Shown: positions 46,221 to 55,435 of the stretch, piece after piece
Numbering within the stretch: the stretch's first letter is position 1
Layout of the letters: each line of letters opens with the position of its first letter
NCBI GenBank assembly: GCA_045613925.1
Contig: JAZLBV010000009.1
Coordinates: 26,554-90,553, forward strand
Source: Candidatus Enterousia sp.
GTDB taxonomy: Bacteria; Pseudomonadota; Alphaproteobacteria; Rs-D84
Direction of reading: 5' to 3'
Length of the DNA stretch: 64,000 bases
The notes under the pieces: generated by a model
Database searches by the model: none
Told to the model about the DNA's origin: nothing
What the model saw: only the letters and a program-made list of their open reading frames with translations
Position numbers and translations under genes: made by a program

Positions 46221-46285
46221 TTAACCACGTCCACCAGAGCCGGAACCACCGGACATAGATCCACCAGTTCCGCTGCCATCAGGAT

Positions 46286-49200
46286 TCAAGACGCCCCCCC
46301 ACCAGAACCACCATTATTATCAGAACAATTAAATACATCTGAATTTGGTGAATTCCATTCCTTCATCTGATATTTTTCGTATGTAACCTTTGTGTGTTCG
46401 TCATCATCACTAGAATACCATTTTACACACTTGTCTCTACGATTACGCGATCCTGCGGTTCTTTCACACGCATAAGTCCAAACCTTAACAGTACAAACAT
46501 TCGTTTCCGGATCATAGGAGGGTCTTCTTTTTTCTGTTTGTAACCCAGCATTAGGAATACTCCTGTTACTTTCATCTTCTCCATAAGCGCTGCAACCGGT
46601 GGCTCTAGAGCAGAAATTCGGCTCTTGATAATACTTTTCATTATTTTTATCTGTACATTCTTCCTGATTTGATTCATCCTGTACCTGTTTCATTTGCGAC
46701 ACCAAATCTGCATCAGCCATAAGTGCTGCGTATTCTTCTGCAGTCAACGCACAGATTTCTTTGTTTGCAATCTTCAAAGCCAATTCTTGCGCCAAAATTT
46801 TTTGACGACGTTCTCTAATTGCATCATACATTTCATCACGTTTACCAGACTCCAAATAAGCAGTCAGGGAAGTATTATAATCAGATAAAATAGAATTCAT
46901 CAACTGATTACCAACTGAAACGTGCAAACTGTCCATCAAATTTTGGAACCGACGTGTATCTCTAGAACCTGTCCCCTCTGCGTAGTTCTTAGAATAAGTG
47001 GTACCATTATTTTCCCCTTTTTCACCACGTTGTTCACTAGTTGAAATCATCTGGAAAGTTTTACCATTGATACAAGCATCAACCGTTGGATCTGATTCCG
47101 CCTGGGATACAGTATTACCAAAATCACGATTCATACTGTCAATAATCATATTCAAAAATTCGTTATTATTATCTGTGTACCCATCAGCAACCTTACGTAT
47201 CGGGTCTTTATCAACAACATAAAAATATTTACCGGACTCAGTAGAATTTGCACCCTCCCCTGCTTTACCCGACTTATCAAAACCAAGCAGTGATAAATCC
47301 ATTTTCCCAGTTAAACGTGGTTCAATAACATTACGTTTAATTCTATCATCTGTAATTTTGCTAGAAAACAAATCATCATAACACTCTGCCTTTCCTTTTC
47401 TACAATACTGCCATTTGAAAGCATTTTTGATTTCATTGCTAGATAAAACCAATCCTGGACAAGCCTGAGAATTTTCATCGTCATCACTAGAGACGCCACA
47501 AACACGTTCCATCGCAGCATTAGCGGCGTTTTGACAAGTTTGCGCAAAAGTATTATCAATATTCAACGCTAAACCTTGCGCCACACGTGCGATATAATCA
47601 CGAACACCATCTGTCTTAAACTTTTCCTGACACGCAATAAGCTTTTCTTCTGCACACAAATCAACAATCGTATCAGTATCCAAACCTATACACGCAGAAT
47701 AATCTTCACCGCATCTGTCTTCAGAAGTTAAACATTCTTTAACTTCCAAAGTACATTTATCGACACGAATAGCCGCCAATTTTGCCTTTACATAATTCCA
47801 AACTTTGTCTTGCACAGAAACAGTATCGCCAACGCCACCACAACGTGCCAATTCAAGCTTACAAGACGCCGCGACCAAATCTGGATCAGACAAACACGCG
47901 TCATAATTGTCTGAATTTTCATCCCATTGTGAACCGCAAACCTTTTGCACACAAGACACAGCCGTGCTGATACAATTCATACGACTATTTGACGCCGCAG
48001 AATATTCCGCAGTATAAACCGCCGGCACAATTTCTTTCAACACAGTTTTCCAAACTGCATCATTTTTATTCGCGTTAACACATTGTTTGGTAACGTGCTG
48101 ACACATTTCCTTCTTGCTGCCGTTCAAAATATCATACGTCGCAGAACTGATAGTTATAGTAGTAACACCTGTTTTAACCGCAGTTGTCGGAATTGTGCCA
48201 CTTTTAGAACCCTTGCCACTGCCATACAAAGCCTGCAAAATTGCAGTATCTGCAATACAGCCCGAAAAATCACTGCCACATTCTGCGGTCGTTTGCAAAC
48301 ACTGTTTGAATTGGATTGTGCATTGACCTAAATCATATTTATTTTCATTTTCATACATTTCCAACGCCGCATCACGCAAAGCCTTTTGCGCAGTCTGCAA
48401 TTTTTGCTGGCTGGAATTACGTTGCTGTTTCAAACTGTTTTCATACGCAGAACAATCAGAACGAACCTTTTGCGCATATGTCAATTGCAATATACCCGCC
48501 GAAGGCGAACATTTTTCAGACAACTGTCTTGTGCACAATTTTGCCGCCGCGTTGTGCAAATCGTCGCCTTTTTTGTCTGCAAATTTTGTTTCCATAGTCG
48601 TCAAAGAATCACCGAATATGTCATCATCTTCTTCGTCATCACTGAACAAATTTGTATTCCACGCAGACAAATCCAAAGTTCTGCTTTTCTTGGTTGTTTG
48701 TTTAGATGATTCCAAAGTTTCCTTAGCCACCTTGTCAGCCGCCGCCTTGGCACGCGACATAATAACATCGGCATTATCACCCATCTGGATACGTTCGACA
48801 CCTTCGGTCGCCAAAGCATAACTTTGTTCATCCAATTTCAAAATTTCTTCCAAAACAACATCTAATTCTGCATTTCTGTCGCTGCATTGGCAACGCCCAC
48901 CCGACGCGTTATCCAGCATACAAAACGCATCCATACATCCATAATACGCATCTTGACATTCCTGGTCTACCAAAGTATTTTCCTTGGCAACTTCAACCTT
49001 GGTCCCTGTTTGAATAACCTTTTTCGTAGTTCCCGCACGCGCCGCAACAACATTGTTTTGCTTTGTGGCCGCACGCGCCGTTGTCGACGCAGGTTTTGCC
49101 GTCGTCCGTGTTGCAGAACGCGCAGACGACACCGCCGCATTATTCGCATTTTTAATCGCGTTTCGCGCCGTAGCAGCACGCGCCGCCACAGTTGGTGCAG

Positions 49201-49339
49201 CATTCGTCGCAGGCGCAGACACAGCCGGCGCATTTGATACATCTGTATTACCACGTGAAGAACGCGACGCGGCACCAAACGACGCAAAACTGACGACACA
49301 AAGCGCCAGAATTACTGGGAAAAACAAGATTTTACGCAT
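46286..49339 (-). CDS. Large secreted Cys-rich protein, paralogue P4 (longest) of the CMDxFC family
   Basis: Start moved to the ATG at 49339 (SD aaggag). Signal peptide MRKILFFPVILALCVVSFASFGAA. Ala/Thr/Arg-rich spacer. Conserved block ECQDAYYGCMDAFCMLDNASGGRCQCSD. Long collinear similarity to P1 (WNYVKAKLAAIRVDKCTLEVKECLTSEDRCGEDYSACIG versus WDYVKSKLAAMRVDACTKEVKDCFTSEDRCGPDFMNCIG). The annotated stop follows a G7 tract. Confidence 0.85.
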   Translation of the reverse strand: MRKILFFPVILALCVVSFASFGAASRSSRGNTDVSNAPAVSAPATNAAPTVAARAATARNAIKNANNAAVSSARSATRTTAKPASTTARAATKQNNVVAARAGTTKKVIQTGTKVEVAKENTLVDQECQDAYYGCMDAFCMLDNASGGRCQCSDRNAELDVVLEEILKLDEQSYALATEGVERIQMGDNADVIMSRAKAAADKVAKETLESSKQTTKKSRTLDLSAWNTNLFSDDEEDDDIFGDSLTTMETKFADKKGDDLHNAAAKLCTRQLSEKCSPSAGILQLTYAQKVRSDCSAYENSLKQQRNSSQQKLQTAQKALRDAALEMYENENKYDLGQCTIQFKQCLQTTAECGSDFSGCIADTAILQALYGSGKGSKSGTIPTTAVKTGVTTITISSATYDILNGSKKEMCQHVTKQCVNANKNDAVWKTVLKEIVPAVYTAEYSAASNSRMNCISTAVSCVQKVCGSQWDENSDNYDACLSDPDLVAASCKLELARCGGVGDTVSVQDKVWNYVKAKLAAIRVDKCTLEVKECLTSEDRCGEDYSACIGLDTDTIVDLCAEEKLIACQEKFKTDGVRDYIARVAQGLALNIDNTFAQTCQNAANAAMERVCGVSSDDDENSQACPGLVLSSNEIKNAFKWQYCRKGKAECYDDLFSSKITDDRIKRNVIEPRLTGKMDLSLLGFDKSGKAGEGANSTESGKYFYVVDKDPIRKVADGYTDNNNEFLNMIIDSMNRDFGNTVSQAESDPTVDACINGKTFQMISTSEQRGEKGENNGTTYSKNYAEGTGSRDTRRFQNLMDSLHVSVGNQLMNSILSDYNTSLTAYLESGKRDEMYDAIRERRQKILAQELALKIANKEICALTAEEYAALMADADLVSQMKQVQDESNQEECTDKNNEKYYQEPNFCSRATGCSAYGEDESNRSIPNAGLQTEKRRPSYDPETNVCTVKVWTYACERTAGSRNRRDKCVKWYSSDDDEHTKVTYEKYQMKEWNSPNSDVFNCSDNNGGSGGGAS

Positions 49340-49429
49340 AAAATACTCCTTACCTTTCTTGGTAATTTTATCACAAAACCGCACCCCGCGCAAGACGTAT
49401 TTATAAAAAAGCATAAAAAACAATAACAA

Positions 49430-49460
49430 AAAAAACCGCCCAAAATGGGCGGTAAAAAAT
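49430..49460 (-). terminator. Rho-independent terminator after rplQ
   Basis: 8-bp stem accgccca/tgggcggt, 3-nt loop, and a long A-run on the plus strand (a U-run on the transcript). Confidence 0.85.
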
Positions 49461-49474
49461 TCACGTTTTTTTAA

Positions 49475-50032
49475 TTATTTGCCAGTGGCACGACGTTTAA
49501 CAGCAACAGTCTTTTTTGCCGCACTTGCCTTTGGCGCCGCAGCCTTTTTTTCAGCTGCAACTTTTGTTGCCTTTGGCGCAGCTGCTTTTTTGACTTCTTT
49601 TTCTTCTTTGGCAACAGGTTCAACTGCTTCTGCCGCAACTGTTTTTGGTGCAACTTTCTTGGCATTTTCGTCCCTATCAACCAATTCAATTATCGCCATA
49701 GGCGCCGCATCACCATAACGGAAACCTGCTTTCAAAACGCGAGTATAACCGCCCGGACGTTTTGCATAACGTGGCCCCAAAACAGAAAACAATTTTTTCA
49801 CAGTTGCTGCCGATGAATTGCCCAATTCAGATGCAGTCAAACGACGATTTGCAACAGTATCAACCTTTGCGCGAGTAATCAATTTTTCGACAACACCGCG
49901 TAAATCTTTTGCCTTTGGCAAAGTTGTTTTAATTTGTTCTTTTTCAATCAAGTTTTTCGCCAAACCAATAAACATTGCTTTGCGCGCATTTGTATCGCGA
50001 TTAAAAGTGCGACCTGCTTTCATATGTCTCAT
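49475..50032 (-). CDS. rplQ: 50S ribosomal protein L17 with an Ala/Lys-rich C-terminal extension
   Basis: [13 protein letters not shown]... after SD aaggag. The L17 core is followed by about 60 aa of [13 protein letters not shown]...KKAAAPKA... Confidence 0.93.
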   Translation of the reverse strand: MRHMKAGRTFNRDTNARKAMFIGLAKNLIEKEQIKTTLPKAKDLRGVVEKLITRAKVDTVANRRLTASELGNSSAATVKKLFSVLGPRYAKRPGGYTRVLKAGFRYGDAAPMAIIELVDRDENAKKVAPKTVAAEAVEPVAKEEKEVKKAAAPKATKVAAEKKAAAPKASAAKKTVAVKRRATGK

Positions 50033-50245
50033 CAATTACTCCTTTTGTTTCTGCCCCACATACCGGGGATTCGTGAGACGCCGTGCCCTAAAAAAATTTT
50101 TTTCAGCAACACGAGTTTTTTAACCATATTCTTGCTTTGCGCAAGAAATTAAATTATGTGCTAGGATTGGAAGCGATTGACGTTTCGCAGTGTACAGACG
50201 CTACATAAGAAACGACAATCGCGACAAGTCCGCACAGAATTTAAT

Positions 50246-51274
50246 TTATTTATAGGGGTCTTCGTATTTCTTGGACAACTCCGCAATATTTTCCGGTGGC
50301 CATCCAGGAACTTCCATACCCAAAGACAATCCCATAGCTTCCAATTGAACTTTGATTTCGTTCAAAGATTTGCGACCAAAATTAGGTGTTTTCAACATAT
50401 CATTTTCTGTCTTTTGCACCAATTCGCCCAACCAATTAATCTTGTCGTTTTTCAAACAATTTGTTGCACGTACAGACAATTCCAATTCATCAACGTGTTT
50501 CAACAATTTTGGATCAAATGGCAAAACATCTTTTGTTTTTTCTTCTTCGGTAATTGCATTGACTTGGTTTGGATCTTCAAAATTGATAAACACAGTCAAT
50601 TGATCAGTCAAAATGCGCGCTGCATATGCGATTGCATCTTCAGGAGTTACCGAACCATTTGTTTTAACAACCAATTCCAATTTATCATAATCAGTGCTTT
50701 GCCCAACACGAGTTTGAGATACACTTGATGCTACGTTCAAAATCGGAGAATAAATAGAATCCACAGGAATTGTTCCCAATGGCAAATCTACAGCATTCAC
50801 ACTTGCCGGAACATAACCACGACCAGATGCCAAAGTAATTTCCATATCTAAACTAGCACCTGCATCCAAAGTGCAAATTTCTGCATCTTTGTTCATAACT
50901 TCAACACTGCCAGATGTTTCAATCATTCCAGCTGTCACAACCGCAGGACCTTTAACTTTTAATACGGCCTTGTGTTGACCTTCGGTCAAAGCTTTAAAAT
51001 AAACACCCTTTAAATTCAAAATAATATCTGTCACATCTTCACGAACCCCAGATAAACTGCTGAATTCATGCTGCACACCATCAATTTTGATATAAATAGG
51101 TGCACATCCTTGAAGTGAAGACAACAAAATACGACGCAACGCCGTTCCCAACGTCAAGCCAAAACCTTTTTCCAAAGGTTCCGCAATCAACGTAGCAATG
51201 TTTGGATTATGTTCATCGACTTTGATATTTAACTTTTTTGGCTTAATCAAAGTCATCCAGTTTTTTTCTATCAT
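50246..51274 (-). CDS. rpoA: DNA-directed RNA polymerase subunit alpha
   Basis: Start moved to the ATG at 51274 ([14 protein letters not shown]...). Typical alpha NTD ([22 protein letters not shown]) and CTD ([14 protein letters not shown]...). Confidence 0.95.
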   Translation of the reverse strand: MIEKNWMTLIKPKKLNIKVDEHNPNIATLIAEPLEKGFGLTLGTALRRILLSSLQGCAPIYIKIDGVQHEFSSLSGVREDVTDIILNLKGVYFKALTEGQHKAVLKVKGPAVVTAGMIETSGSVEVMNKDAEICTLDAGASLDMEITLASGRGYVPASVNAVDLPLGTIPVDSIYSPILNVASSVSQTRVGQSTDYDKLELVVKTNGSVTPEDAIAYAARILTDQLTVFINFEDPNQVNAITEEEKTKDVLPFDPKLLKHVDELELSVRATNCLKNDKINWLGELVQKTENDMLKTPNFGRKSLNEIKVQLEAMGLSLGMEVPGWPPENIAELSKKYEDPYK

Positions 51275-51403
51275 ATTTAAACCCCTATGGCTTAGTTTAT
51301 TATTTTCACCATTTAATGACGCATCAAAAAACTTGATACGCCCGCGCATTTTAAACAAAAAATCAAGACAAGTCAATTATTTTATAAGAAAAAATCAATA
51401 AAA

Positions 51404-52399
51404 TTATTGGAAAATAACACTTGGCGAAGTTATATCACGCTCAGACACAGAACCATCTGTTGGCCAAGAAAAACTACCGCCATTACCAACAAAACTACTT
51501 GCACTTTGAACAGAACATTCAGATGCAGACAACGCCCCCAAGCCTTCAGTCGTTTTTCCACCCGAACAACGTTCACAGCCACCCTTAATCACCCCCACGG
51601 CAGGCATAGTAATAGCATAACACATACCACCATCACGGTTAGTATTCGTACAAACACTTTGAAAAGCTGTATAAGCTGATTGACACGGCAAATCACCGGT
51701 TGCATACGTACCTTTTTTACAAATGTGCGCAACATATCCATAACAGCAATTTCCTGCCGGACAGGCTTCACATTTTGTCTTATCTGGCGAAACATATGGT
51801 GCCCTTAAAACATTACCATTTCGATCAGTAATACATATTTTACATTCCTCAGCGCCTTGTACATCCATATATTGTCCATTTGGACACGGCCGACAGGTAA
51901 TATTTACATCATCACCATCTTCACTTGGCGCAGGTGCATACGTACCCTTGGCACACTTTGAACAACCGGCACTGCCCGCAGAACTGGCATAACGACCACC
52001 GCCACATTTTTTACACACAGAACTTCCACCTGGACTATACCAACCAGGATCGCATTTTATACACCCCTCTTCTTCGCCATAAAAACCATACCCAGCCACA
52101 CAATTCACATTAATACAAGCCGTATTCACATTATCACCATCTGGTTCCGGAGAATACATCCCCGCAGGACATTTAGAACAACTTTCACTGCCACCATTTT
52201 CAGAATAATATCCACCACCACATTTTTGACACTCAGAATTTCCACCTGGACTGAACCACCCCGCCTCACAAACAACACACCCACCGGCTTCACTAGAATA
52301 TCCAGATCCGGGCGCACAATTAATTTCATCCGCAAACGCACCAAACACCAAAGCGCCAGACACAAAAAAACATAATAAAAACGCACTAAATTTTTTCAA
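51404..52399 (-). CDS. Exported Cys-rich repeat protein with CxxC...G.Y repeats (GCC2/GCC3- or furin-like-repeat-like), inserted between rpsK and rpoA
   Basis: TTG start after aaagga. Signal peptide (M)KKFSAFLLCFFVSGALVFGAFA. Duplicated unit C..C..GW(F/Y)SPGG.S.C.KCGGG.Y....GS..CSKC..G.Y.P. Confidence 0.7.
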   Translation of the reverse strand: MKKFSAFLLCFFVSGALVFGAFADEINCAPGSGYSSEAGGCVVCEAGWFSPGGNSECQKCGGGYYSENGGSESCSKCPAGMYSPEPDGDNVNTACINVNCVAGYGFYGEEEGCIKCDPGWYSPGGSSVCKKCGGGRYASSAGSAGCSKCAKGTYAPAPSEDGDDVNITCRPCPNGQYMDVQGAEECKICITDRNGNVLRAPYVSPDKTKCEACPAGNCCYGYVAHICKKGTYATGDLPCQSAYTAFQSVCTNTNRDGGMCYAITMPAVGVIKGGCERCSGGKTTEGLGALSASECSVQSASSFVGNGGSFSWPTDGSVSERDITSPSVIFQ

Positions 52400-52509
52400 A
52401 TTCGTCCTTTCCTATGCAACCTAGTTTAAAAAAAATACACATATTCGGTCAAGATATTTTTACAAAAAAATATCGCCACAATTGTGGCGACATAAATAAC
52501 ATTTGCAAA

Positions 52510-52893
52510 TTAAACACGACGCACTTTCTTCGGACGGCACCCATTGTGTGGAATACGCGTTGTGTCAGTAATAGATTGAACAACCAATCCAGCATTTGCC
52601 AATCCACGAACAGCAGATTCACGTCCCTGGCCAATACCACGCATCAAAACATCAACCGTTTTCATTCCCATTTCAGCAACTTTTTTGCCAACTGCATCTG
52701 CAACGACCGTCGCCGCATACGGTGTAGATTTCTTTGCACCTTTGAAATTATTAGCCCCAGCGGTTGCCCAAGTCAACACAGCCCCGCTTTGATCTGTTAT
52801 AGTAATACGTGTATTATTATTAGTTGCAACCACATGAGCAATCCCATGTGATACTTTTTTTACAACTTTCTTTTTTGATTTTGTAACTGCCAT
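52510..52893 (-). CDS. rpsK: 30S ribosomal protein S11
   Basis: GIAHVVATNNNTRITITD..., C-terminal DTTRIPHNGCRPKKVRRV. Confidence 0.95.
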   Translation of the reverse strand: MAVTKSKKKVVKKVSHGIAHVVATNNNTRITITDQSGAVLTWATAGANNFKGAKKSTPYAATVVADAVGKKVAEMGMKTVDVLMRGIGQGRESAVRGLANAGLVVQSITDTTRIPHNGCRPKKVRRV

Positions 52894-52955
52894 TTGTGTT
52901 TTTCCTTTTTAGATGTCTTCAATTAACTATTGTGTTAATCTCTACCCAATTAAAC

Positions 52956-53333
52956 TTATTTACCCTTGGTCGCAGAACCCGCAACAACCACACGTTTACC
53001 CTTACGAGTACGTGCATTAGTTTGCGTGCGTTGACCACGAACCGGCAAACGATTACGATGACGAATACCGCGATAAGTTTTTAAATCTTGCAAACGTTTA
53101 ATATTCATTGCAACTTCGCGACGAACATCACCTTCTACTTTGAAATTTTGTTCAATATAATTTGAAATTTTGATAACATCCTCGTCGGTTAAATCTTTTG
53201 CGCGCAGACCGTCTTTTAATTTCAAAGCTGAACAAATCTGTGCAGACCTAGCCGGCCCAATACCGTGAATATATTGCAACGCAATTTCGATGCGTTTTTC
53301 ACTTGGAATGTTAACACCTGCTATACGTGCCAT
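52956..53333 (-). CDS. rpsM: 30S ribosomal protein S13
   Basis: [26 protein letters not shown]... Confidence 0.95.
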   Translation of the reverse strand: MARIAGVNIPSEKRIEIALQYIHGIGPARSAQICSALKLKDGLRAKDLTDEDVIKISNYIEQNFKVEGDVRREVAMNIKRLQDLKTYRGIRHRNRLPVRGQRTQTNARTRKGKRVVVAGSATKGK

Positions 53334-53518
53334 CTTTTATTTTCCTTTTTCTTGTCCCACCAAGCCCTAACAAAGTGGGATTGTTTTTTGTTTCATTCTG
53401 GATGTTTCCATCCATACCAACATTCAAAATCCACACGTTCTTGAATGTTTTCTGATTTTCGCAACGGCTATTTTATTACAGAACCGAACAAAAATCAAAT
53501 TTCATTTTACATTTCCGA

Positions 53519-54835
53519 TTAATTGCGGAAACGTCCTTTTTTCTGAGTGCTGCCAACAACACCATTATATTGTCTTTCAACCAAATAAGATTTCACCTGG
53601 TTCATAGTATCCAATACAACACCAGCAACGATTAAAACACTGGTTCCACCAATCATCAAAGGCATTCCACCACGAGTATTCAAAATAATAGGTACAACGC
53701 AAACGACAATTAAATACACAACACCTATTGCTGTTATCTTTGAAACAACATCGTCTAAATAATGCATTGTCTGTTCACCCGGACGAACACCTGGAATATA
53801 ACCACCCATATTTTTCAAATTATTACTGGTCTCTTCCGAATTAAATACAACAGCAGTTTGAAAATACGCAAAGAACGCAATCAACACAGTGTACATAATC
53901 ATATATGACCATGTTCCATACGTAAAGAATCCTAAGATATTTTGCACAACCAAATTTTCACTTTGTACAAAACGTTGAATAAACGCAGGCAACATCATAA
54001 TAGAAGCGGCAAATACAGGTCCCATAACACCAGACATATTAACCTTTAACGGTAAATACGAAGCATTAGTATTCATGACACCATTTGCCATCGCCTGGCG
54101 GGGATATAAAATCTGGATACGACGTTGTGCTTGTTCCATAAAAGCAATCAACGCAACGATACCAACAACAAAACCCAACACCATAGCAATCATCGCAGGC
54201 GACATTTGTCCAACACCTGCCAATGAAAACAGCTTTGCAACACCACCTGGGATTTCTGCAACAATACCTGCAAAAATCAACAATGATGCACCCTGACCGA
54301 TACCACGAGATGTAACCTGTTCTGCTAACCACATAACAAACACAGTTCCACCAACCAAAGCAATTATCGCCGACAATTCAAACGCAAACCCTGGATTTGC
54401 AACCGCTGCAATGCCATTAACTGGTGCCATAGATTCCAACCCACGAACAACAGCCCAACCCTGAACGACAGCCAACAATACCGCCAAATAACGTGTATAC
54501 TGATTGATTTTTACACGTCCAGATTCGCCCTCTTTGCGTAAATCATTCAAAGATTTGCTGGTTGCACTTAACAATTGAATAACGATTGATGCCGAAATGT
54601 ATGGGAAAATATTCAAAGCCAACACAGACATACGCGACAATGAACCGCCCGAAAACATATCAAACATCCCCATCATACCATTATCGCCATTAAACAAATG
54701 CAAAACAGCACTGGCATTAACGCCCGGCAATGGTATAAAAGAACCAATACGATAAACAATCAACGCACACAAAGTAAACAGGATACGCTTTTGCAAATCA
54801 GACAAATTTCTAAAAATATTTCTAAAAGATTTCAT
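53519..54835 (-). CDS. secY: Preprotein translocase subunit SecY
   Basis: 438 aa, 10-TM pattern, typical SecY motifs (LALNIFPYISASIVIQLL, GGTSVLIVAGV). Confidence 0.95.
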   Translation of the reverse strand: MKSFRNIFRNLSDLQKRILFTLCALIVYRIGSFIPLPGVNASAVLHLFNGDNGMMGMFDMFSGGSLSRMSVLALNIFPYISASIVIQLLSATSKSLNDLRKEGESGRVKINQYTRYLAVLLAVVQGWAVVRGLESMAPVNGIAAVANPGFAFELSAIIALVGGTVFVMWLAEQVTSRGIGQGASLLIFAGIVAEIPGGVAKLFSLAGVGQMSPAMIAMVLGFVVGIVALIAFMEQAQRRIQILYPRQAMANGVMNTNASYLPLKVNMSGVMGPVFAASIMMLPAFIQRFVQSENLVVQNILGFFTYGTWSYMIMYTVLIAFFAYFQTAVVFNSEETSNNLKNMGGYIPGVRPGEQTMHYLDDVVSKITAIGVVYLIVVCVVPIILNTRGGMPLMIGGTSVLIVAGVVLDTMNQVKSYLVERQYNGVVGSTQKKGRFRN

Positions 54836-54896
54836 AGGTTTTAATCTTTAATGTATCAATACATCTGTGAAAAAATTCACAGATGTATCGGTTGAA

Positions 54897-55355
54897 CTAT
54901 TTAGATTGGATTTTTCCACCTGCCTTGACAATCGCTGCTTCTGCGGCCTTAGACCATTTTGTTGCAACGACGTTAACGGCTGTTTTAATTTCGCCTTTGG
55001 CCAAAACTTTCAAACCATCCAATTTGCGATTAATAATTTTTGCATCAAACAAAGAATCAATATTAATCTCTTTTTTCGCATCAATTTTCCCAGATGCAAT
55101 AAATTTTTCAATATCACCTAAATTGATAGTTGCATATTGTTTAGCAAAAGGATTGTTAAAACCAAATTTTGGAAAACGACGTAAAATCGGCATTTGACCA
55201 CCTTGGAAAGTAGCCTGTTTTCTTGATCCAGCACGTGCCTTTTGCCCTTTGGTTCCACGACCAGCTGTCTTACCATAACCAGACGCCATACCACGACCAA
55301 CACGTTTGATACCTTTACGAGCACCAAAATTATCCATCAAAGCATTTAATTTCAT
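54897..55355 (-). CDS. rplO: 50S ribosomal protein L15
   Basis: MKLNAL...KRVGRGMASGYGKTAGRGTKGQKAR. Confidence 0.93.
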   Translation of the reverse strand: MKLNALMDNFGARKGIKRVGRGMASGYGKTAGRGTKGQKARAGSRKQATFQGGQMPILRRFPKFGFNNPFAKQYATINLGDIEKFIASGKIDAKKEINIDSLFDAKIINRKLDGLKVLAKGEIKTAVNVVATKWSKAAEAAIVKAGGKIQSK

Positions 55356-55435
55356 TTCTTTTTCCTTTTAGTCCTATGACCAATATATAGTCAGTTTCGC
55401 ACATAATACAAGATTATATACTCGGTTTTCTTAAA

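Noticed and set aside
48887-49406. Several Arg-rich ORFs on both strands (48887..49237, 48967..49299, 49053..49406) and 30748..31101(-).
   Set aside because: They arise from the GC-rich Ala/Thr/Arg low-complexity N-terminal spacers of P4 and P3. The frame with signal peptide plus conserved Cys block is clearly the real one.
53334-53518. Looked for rpmJ (L36), infA or adk in the secY-rpsM spacer.
   Set aside because: Minus-strand translation gives only MKFDFCSVL-stop and MLVWMETSRMKQKTIPLC-stop. Neither resembles L36 or any known protein.
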